Shown: positions 58,716 through 64,000 of the stretch, one piece after another
Layout: every line of letters begins with the position of its first letter
Position numbering within the stretch: position 1 is the first letter of the stretch
Virus record (IMG/VR): IMGVR_UViG_3300020360_000085
Coordinates: 186,520-250,519 of that record
Direction: 5' to 3' (one strand)
DNA: 64,000 nucleotides
DNA from: a virus
Taxonomy: Duplodnaviria > Caudoviricetes
Translations under genes and position numbers: made by a program
Notes under the pieces: model-generated
Told to the model about the DNA's origin: nothing
Database searches by the model: none
The model's input: the letters and a program-made list of their open reading frames with translations, nothing else

Positions 58716-59111
58716 CTATTTATCTGTGTTTACAAGATAGTGAATTGAATTAATTACTGATTGTATTCCTCTTTGTCGTTGAGTGGTCAGCAGACCTGCA
58801 ATAGGTTTGAAGTCGTGAAACTTTATGTCGAGGACATCTTGTGTTTTACAACCATTAAATGTGGTGCATAGTAGTTTGCCGATACCTTTTACGATATATG
58901 CATCACTATCTATAGCAAAGTTCCACTGACCGTTGACTTGTTCGCCTAAAACCCATACACGGCTTTGGCAACCTGATATTTCATTATCAGGTGTTCTTAA
59001 TTCTATAGGGAAGTCTTTTACCGTTTTGCCTTCGTCTAAAAGGTACTCAAAAAGATATTCTTGATCTAAATCAACAAAACTTTCAAGTATAGTGGTTAAG
59101 TCTGACTTCAT
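58716..59111 (-). CDS. sufE: SufE-family sulfur acceptor
   Basis: ISGCQSRVWV with catalytic Cys, DSDAYIVKG, QRQRG. Confidence 0.9.
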   Translation of the reverse strand: MKSDLTTILESFVDLDQEYLFEYLLDEGKTVKDFPIELRTPDNEISGCQSRVWVLGEQVNGQWNFAIDSDAYIVKGIGKLLCTTFNGCKTQDVLDIKFHDFKPIAGLLTTQRQRGIQSVINSIHYLVNTDK

Positions 59112-59155
59112 GCTGTTATTTATGAAGTCAGATAATTTGAATATTGTAGTACTGG

Positions 59156-59554
59156 TTAGTCTCTACTTGCTAACAGTTCTTTGCTGTATGCTAAATCGTA
59201 TTCTGTACCAGATGTTAATTGTGCTAGTGTACTTGCATTGGCATTTACAGCCTTGTAAAACTCTGCTGGGTCTGTGCCGTCTTTCTGGAAGTAAACAACG
59301 TAATTTGCTCCGTCATTTATACCATCACTAGGATTGTCTATTTTATGTATAGGTGTATATCCTACAAAACTATCTGCACCATCTACACCTGCAGGTTCTA
59401 AAGAACCAATATTAACACCTTCTTGTACTGCTGAAACATCTATGCCGTCTCTTCTGGCCGCAAAGGCTTTGGCATTATCTCTGCCGTCTGAGCCATCAAC
59501 TCTTTTAATTTCATCTGCTGATACACCTTTTGCTGTATAATCAACTCGTGCCAT
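59156..59554 (-). CDS. Hypothetical (probable virion) protein
   Basis: GGAG RBS, GATAAATA upstream. Confidence 0.75.
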   Translation of the reverse strand: MARVDYTAKGVSADEIKRVDGSDGRDNAKAFAARRDGIDVSAVQEGVNIGSLEPAGVDGADSFVGYTPIHKIDNPSDGINDGANYVVYFQKDGTDPAEFYKAVNANASTLAQLTSGTEYDLAYSKELLASRD

Positions 59555-59587
59555 TTTATGCTCCTATAAAACTATATAATGTATTTA

Positions 59588-60937
59588 TCATTCTGAACCA
59601 ATAGGGTCTATACACATTACAGTATTATTATATTTGGGAAACAGTTTAGTAAGTTTTTTTGAATATTCTGTTTCTTTATAATAGTTTTCTTCAACAGACA
59701 GACTAATAAATTTTTCTAGTTCATCTTCTATTACTTGTTTAAGATCTGTATAATGAACTGTAAAGTTTGTTTTTAATTCATCTATAAAATATTTTCTATT
59801 ATTCCAACTGAATCCTTGGAATCTGTCATTTTGTAAATTGAATACTTGTCTGTTATGCTCTAATTTATCTATAATTACAGATTCAGACATTTTTTTATTA
59901 AGTTTTGTTTTATCTAATTTAGACAAAACTTCTAGTTCATATGTAATAGCATTTATACGAGTGCCTAAATGTTCAATATTATCATATTCTTCAGACCATA
60001 AATCATCAAAAGTTTCATAACCGTGCTGTTTGAGTTCTGCTAACTGTCCTGGAGCACCTAATAATATAAACGGTCTCCCGTAATATATGGGCCTCCAGAT
60101 TTTTTCTGTGTAAAAAGTTGTCTGCCACCATTCAGGTGCTTCTGAAAAACTGTACCTATACCCAATTGGTTGTGTGCCTATAATTGTTTCTGTTACAACA
60201 TCTAAATATGCCCAGTTATGAGAATATAAAAATTCAGGATTAACATCTTTTTTATGACTATTAACATCATAATGATTGCTATCAGAACCAGAAGGCAACA
60301 TAATAGGAAATTCTAAACCGTCTAATTCAGGATCGTTAGTTTTAGGATCTTCTAAATAAGTAACAACACCATGCTTTAGTAAGTTGTTTTTAGATAACTT
60401 TTTAAGTAAATCCAATCTGTGTTGTCTATCAGCACCATTATAAAAAGTATATACATATGGTTTTATAAATTTACCTTCTCTGTCTATTTGCTCATAATAA
60501 TCTACATGTGCTGAATTAACAACATCGTCCCATGTATTTAAAAACTTAGCCTGTGCTAATTTAGGTACATCTATTTTAGCACCTACATTTTCATACCATT
60601 GTTCGTAACTTTCTTCTAACTTAGAATTGCCATGCATAAATGTAACGTTTTCTATTGGGAAGTCTGCTAGTTCACAAGCATTATAAATCCAATCAAGAAC
60701 ACTTACTCTAATACCATAAACATTTTTGAATATAAAAAATCCTGCTTCTGAACTAAAGTCTATAAAAAGATATTTTGCATTTGTTTTAGCAACATAGTGT
60801 TTAATTACAATGTCCAGATGTTTTTGAAACATTGGGTGCATACTAACTACTAGATGTAACACAGGTTCTTTCATATTACTATTTAAGGAAAAGCCAGGTA
60901 TTTCTACCTGGCTTCCGGTTGATATGGTCGTAACCAT
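59588..60937 (-). CDS. Putative glycosyltransferase-like protein (paralog of 20763 gene)
   Basis: YNGADRQHR, DVVTET, TEKIWRPI...GYETFD. Confidence 0.5.
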   Translation of the reverse strand: MVTTISTGSQVEIPGFSLNSNMKEPVLHLVVSMHPMFQKHLDIVIKHYVAKTNAKYLFIDFSSEAGFFIFKNVYGIRVSVLDWIYNACELADFPIENVTFMHGNSKLEESYEQWYENVGAKIDVPKLAQAKFLNTWDDVVNSAHVDYYEQIDREGKFIKPYVYTFYNGADRQHRLDLLKKLSKNNLLKHGVVTYLEDPKTNDPELDGLEFPIMLPSGSDSNHYDVNSHKKDVNPEFLYSHNWAYLDVVTETIIGTQPIGYRYSFSEAPEWWQTTFYTEKIWRPIYYGRPFILLGAPGQLAELKQHGYETFDDLWSEEYDNIEHLGTRINAITYELEVLSKLDKTKLNKKMSESVIIDKLEHNRQVFNLQNDRFQGFSWNNRKYFIDELKTNFTVHYTDLKQVIEDELEKFISLSVEENYYKETEYSKKLTKLFPKYNNTVMCIDPIGSE

Positions 60938-60949
60938 ATAAAAATTTTT

Positions 60950-61117
60950 TTACATTATCGGTTCCATTGCTACATACATAAACCAAACTATAAAAGCAAG
61001 TGTACCAAACGTTACCATGTCTTCACATGCCTGCCCAGACGGACATACTCGTTCTTTAAATTGCTTTAGTGTTTGGAAAATATCGGCAACAGCCGCCTTC
61101 ATTGTTGCGGTTGTCAT
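60950..61117 (-). CDS. Small protein with C-terminal TM helix
   Basis: AGGAG RBS before MTTATM (track start 61159 is upstream). Confidence 0.65.
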   Translation of the reverse strand: MTTATMKAAVADIFQTLKQFKERVCPSGQACEDMVTFGTLAFIVWFMYVAMEPIM

Positions 61118-61164
61118 TTTAGTTCTCCTAGACCTAAATAATTTAGCACCCAGTTCCACAGATT

Positions 61165-61322
61165 CTCACGAACTCTGCTCGGTCAGTAAAAAGTTCCTTA
61201 ACTTTTAGAGCATCGTAATGTTGCTGTTCCTCACATTGGGTCATTTAGCGGATACACACCGCGACAACCGACTGCTCTCCAAACTGATCGTTGTAGACGA
61301 AAGGATGGTTCACGTCCGCTCT
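61165..61322 (-). ncRNA. Candidate structured leader RNA / sRNA
   Basis: GC-rich, multiple stems, directly after GATAAATA at 61323-61330. Confidence 0.45.
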
Positions 61323-61353
61323 TATTTATCCTTATTAACTCAGTAGTTTATGA

Positions 61354-61629
61354 TTAGTGGGGGTTTCGCACAATTTGGTAATTGTAATCAGGATGTTCCC
61401 AGGAAAATCTAAATTGTGCAAACATATCTTCAGGCATAGATACTAACAATGATTTACCTTTTGTGTCTACATGTGTATCTATAATTAAGTCCTGGTAAAC
61501 ATAATTCCATGTGGCTGTCCAAATAACTAAAGCACTTTGTATTTGGTTTGCAACAGTACTGGCTCTAGATAATTCATCTAGTGTATGCAATTCAGTGCCA
61601 TGTGGTAATTCAAATCTAACTGTCTTCAC
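61354..61629 (-). CDS. Hypothetical protein
   Basis: ORF track. Confidence 0.7.
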   Translation of the reverse strand: MKTVRFELPHGTELHTLDELSRASTVANQIQSALVIWTATWNYVYQDLIIDTHVDTKGKSLLVSMPEDMFAQFRFSWEHPDYNYQIVRNPH

Positions 61630-61837
61630 TACCTAACTCCATAATAAAGTCTAATACATCAGATTCCTCTTCTGTTGTTCTTTCCATTAGAACACTTAGA
61701 CCTTTTTGTTCACAATCTTTTATAAACTTTCTGGCATGCCAGCCTCTCATTTCTCCAACCCATACAGGTTCAAGTGTATTAGGATTTATATATGCCATGT
61801 TAAATAATGTAAAGTCTGATTTGTTGTCTATGCTCAT
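61616..61837 (-). CDS. Hypothetical protein
   Basis: ORF track. Confidence 0.7.
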   Translation of the reverse strand: MSIDNKSDFTLFNMAYINPNTLEPVWVGEMRGWHARKFIKDCEQKGLSVLMERTTEEESDVLDFIMELGSEDS

Positions 61838-62088
61838 AGTAAACTCATTTTTAATAATGCTAAATCTGTACCGCTCTCAAATCTAAACTCTATACTTTCC
61901 CTGGCTTTGTTATAGTCAAACAAATAATTACCTGGTTGTATGCCTATCTGATAGCACCACTCCCTAATGGCTTTTTTGGTATGTAGATTAAAATGACGTT
62001 TTTGTCTGTAGTTCATAGTAATACTATGAGTTTGCCACTTGTCCCAATACTCCTGTTCCTGCTCGTTAAAAGTCTTAAACCTAGCCAT
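61834..62088 (-). CDS. Hypothetical protein
   Basis: ORF track; sigma70 promoter 62096-62123. Confidence 0.7.
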   Translation of the reverse strand: MARFKTFNEQEQEYWDKWQTHSITMNYRQKRHFNLHTKKAIREWCYQIGIQPGNYLFDYNKARESIEFRFESGTDLALLKMSLL

Positions 62089-62144
62089 TCATTACATTAT
62101 ACAATAAACTGGTCATTTGTCAATAGTTGGTGATAAATAGTAGT

Positions 62145-62828
62145 ATGGAAAACATGCAGGACATATTAAAGAAGTATTACAACTCTGGCGGTAAAGACTT
62201 GTTTAAAGAACAAGACGACGGATCTAAAGACATAGGAGTAAATTCTCACAATCCTATAAATGGACCTACATACAGTTTTGATGAAATTAAAAAGAAAGAT
62301 CCTGCATTAGAGGAAAATTTAAAAACAAGATGGTCAAACGAAGTACCAGATGGTAGTAGTTTATATATAAAAGAAGAAATACGAAAAACTAATCAGTTTA
62401 AATATCCACTAGATACAATAAAATTTAGAAATTATGCCAGTGGTTCTGATTTTGATGATTCAAAAAGTTTTTTATTAGAATTATTGCTTTACAAATATTT
62501 TCCAGACCTTAATGAATTTGGAACCGATACTTATGGATATTTGGGAAGTAAAGAACAACCTGTAGAAATGCAAAGGAAAAGTCTTTTATCCAATATGGTT
62601 CCTGCTATGATACCTTGCATACAGATAGTTGCTGTTAGTAGTGCAGTAGAAGTTTTTGACGCATTATTAATTTTAAAAACTTTGAAAGACTATATGGAAA
62701 AAGATCATACAGAAAGAAGATTACCTCGACAAGAAGGCAAGGTTCATTTTTACAGAGGCAACTCACAAGGCAAAGGTGCTAGGGCAGTACTTAATGCGGC
62801 CAAAAAAATTGGCATGCCCATAAAGTAA
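62145..62828 (+). CDS. Hypothetical protein
   Basis: ORF; start placed 5 nt after ATAAATA. Confidence 0.7.
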   Translation: MENMQDILKKYYNSGGKDLFKEQDDGSKDIGVNSHNPINGPTYSFDEIKKKDPALEENLKTRWSNEVPDGSSLYIKEEIRKTNQFKYPLDTIKFRNYASGSDFDDSKSFLLELLLYKYFPDLNEFGTDTYGYLGSKEQPVEMQRKSLLSNMVPAMIPCIQIVAVSSAVEVFDALLILKTLKDYMEKDHTERRLPRQEGKVHFYRGNSQGKGARAVLNAAKKIGMPIK

Positions 62829-62829
62829 A

Positions 62830-63342
62830 ATGAAACTAAATGAAATATTTGGTTTAAAAGATCGTTTTGCGAAGTTTAAAGCAGATCGTGAGACTGTACC
62901 TGTACCACCTAAAACAAATTTATATCATGTCACATTGGCACATAACTGGCCTAGCATACAGCGACAAGGTTTAATACCTGGTGGTGTATGTAAATCATAT
63001 AATGCCTGTGATAACAACTATGTGTATTTAACAGACAATGCCGGTATAGCCACAGCCGTAATAGGTAGCAGTGACCTATCTCAACAAGAAATAGACAAGA
63101 GTAATGGTAAAGGTGTAATAATGTTAATAAACAGTACTAAACTTAAACCTGAATTACTCAGCAGTGATCCTGGAGTTCCAGCAAATTGGACAAATCCCAA
63201 ATACACCTACAGATATCAGGGAACAATACCTGCTGATGCTATAGTTATGCATGATGAATTTGAATTAGACTATGGGTATTATTTAAATAAACAATTTAGA
63301 CATTTACGTCCTGGAAAGCCTGGCGAAAAATATCGTCCTTAA
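62830..63342 (+). CDS. Tpt1/KptA- or ADP-ribosyltransferase-fold protein
   Basis: LYHVT..NWPSIQRQGLIP and VYLTD motifs; Y.YQGTIP..AI. Confidence 0.55.
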   Translation: MKLNEIFGLKDRFAKFKADRETVPVPPKTNLYHVTLAHNWPSIQRQGLIPGGVCKSYNACDNNYVYLTDNAGIATAVIGSSDLSQQEIDKSNGKGVIMLINSTKLKPELLSSDPGVPANWTNPKYTYRYQGTIPADAIVMHDEFELDYGYYLNKQFRHLRPGKPGEKYRP

Positions 63343-63593
63343 TTGATCTGCCTGCCTGTAACCTGTGTGTACACATTTAATATAGACTGATTAAATCGTG
63401 GCTTCTCCCACTGACGTTCATGTACATAGTATAACACCATTTTAGTAAGAACTTCCAGACTGGCTATACTGGCACCTATACTGGCACTACCAGTTAATAA
63501 CCAAGACAGAAGAAAAGTATCAGCACTTGCTAGAACTCTCCAAGTACAGGTCTTGCAAAAACTGATTACATGTGCTCGTTTTTTGTAACTCAT
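63339..63593 (-). CDS. DUF2061-family membrane protein
   Basis: KTCTWRVLAS.DT and KMVLYYVHER.W. Confidence 0.85.
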   Translation of the reverse strand: MSYKKRAHVISFCKTCTWRVLASADTFLLSWLLTGSASIGASIASLEVLTKMVLYYVHERQWEKPRFNQSILNVYTQVTGRQIN

Positions 63594-63683
63594 ATGAATA
63601 TTTACAGATGATGTGGCATTAAATTAACAGTTAGTATAAGTTATATGTTGCTTTAATGCCACACCTGTTTTAGATATAGTTGA

Positions 63684-63845
63684 TTATGCTACCCAACGTG
63701 TGCCACGATATATGCCTTGCGACATTTTCGGGGTTTCTGTCTTATGTTTAGCCTCAACTCTGACACCTCTATAAATATAACCAAGCGATTTTTTAGCCGC
63801 TTTGGGTTTATTTTGTTTAGTGAGTTTGATTCCTCTATAAGTCAT
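63684..63845 (-). CDS. YRG-motif peptide, DUF4278/IF17-like (53 aa)
   Basis: Manual translation MTYRGIKLTKQNKPKAAKKSLGYIYRGVRVEAKHKTETPKMSQGIYRGTRWVA; GGAGG RBS; not in ORF track. Confidence 0.8.
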   Translation of the reverse strand: MTYRGIKLTKQNKPKAAKKSLGYIYRGVRVEAKHKTETPKMSQGIYRGTRWVA

Positions 63846-63854
63846 GTCATCCTC

Positions 63855-63998
63855 CTCTAATTTTTGTTAAAAGAAAATGCGTTCCTTCGACTTTCGGTCT
63901 CGTTCGGCTGTTGCCTACTTGCTTACCTTTGAGTTAGATCTCAAAGAGGTTTTCAGGTCTACTTCCGTTCACTGCTACATTTAGAGTGAATGAACGAT
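63855..63998 (-). ncRNA. Glutamine-II (Downstream-peptide)-type riboswitch, expanded variant
   Basis: P1 CGUUC/GAACG, ACGGAAGUAG...CGAAGGAACGC core, P2 UUCACU/AGUGAA, possible pseudoknot CUCUAA/UUAGAG at the RBS, downstream YRG peptide. Confidence 0.75.
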
Positions 63999-64000
63999 TG

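Noticed and set aside
59092-59540. Plus-strand ORFs 59092-59331 and 59334-59540
   Set aside because: Overlap a well-supported minus-strand gene with RBS and promoter; no coding signal of their own.
63974-63984. UAAAUGUAGC matches a SAM-II riboswitch 3' segment
   Set aside because: The rest of the SAM-II pseudoknot is absent; the segment lies within the P2 loop of the glutamine-type motif.
1-64000. tRNA genes, CRISPR arrays, integrase or IS elements, stop-codon recoding
   Set aside because: No T-loop/cloverleaf, no regularly spaced repeats, no recombinase or transposase motifs; conserved genes read intact under code 11.

Overview
AT-rich, gene-dense segment of a large lytic dsDNA phage genome, most likely a jumbo myovirus with T4-like replication genes. 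The probable host is a Gram-negative aquatic bacterium (spanin pair, DUF481 outer-membrane barrel; host and lineage are inference). Most genes lie on the minus strand. Replication genes: family-B DNA polymerase, putative sliding clamp, clamp loader, RNase H/5'-3' exonuclease and DsbA/GapR-like protein. A 7-deazaguanine DNA-modification cluster (queE, folE, QueD/DpdL-like, dpdA) is interleaved with a phosphoribosyltransferase, galE and a GT-B glycosyltransferase. Other genes cover proteostasis (ClpA, ClpP, DnaJ, GroES-like), Fe-S assembly (IscA, SufE, radical SAM enzymes), PhoH, MoxR/VWA, tail-fibre-like proteins and spanins. Main leads: (1) a possibly glycosylated 7-deazaguanine DNA base; (2) an expanded glutamine-II (Downstream-peptide)-type riboswitch ahead of an unannotated YRG/DUF4278-like peptide; (3) an acyl-carrier-protein mimic with the phosphopantetheine Ser replaced by Glu; (4) apparent avoidance of AGCT and GCWGC; (5) fixed promoter-to-ATG spacing implying leaderless mRNAs; (6) several candidate structured RNAs. 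No tRNA, CRISPR array or mobile element was recognised. All family assignments come from reading motifs by eye, not from database searches.
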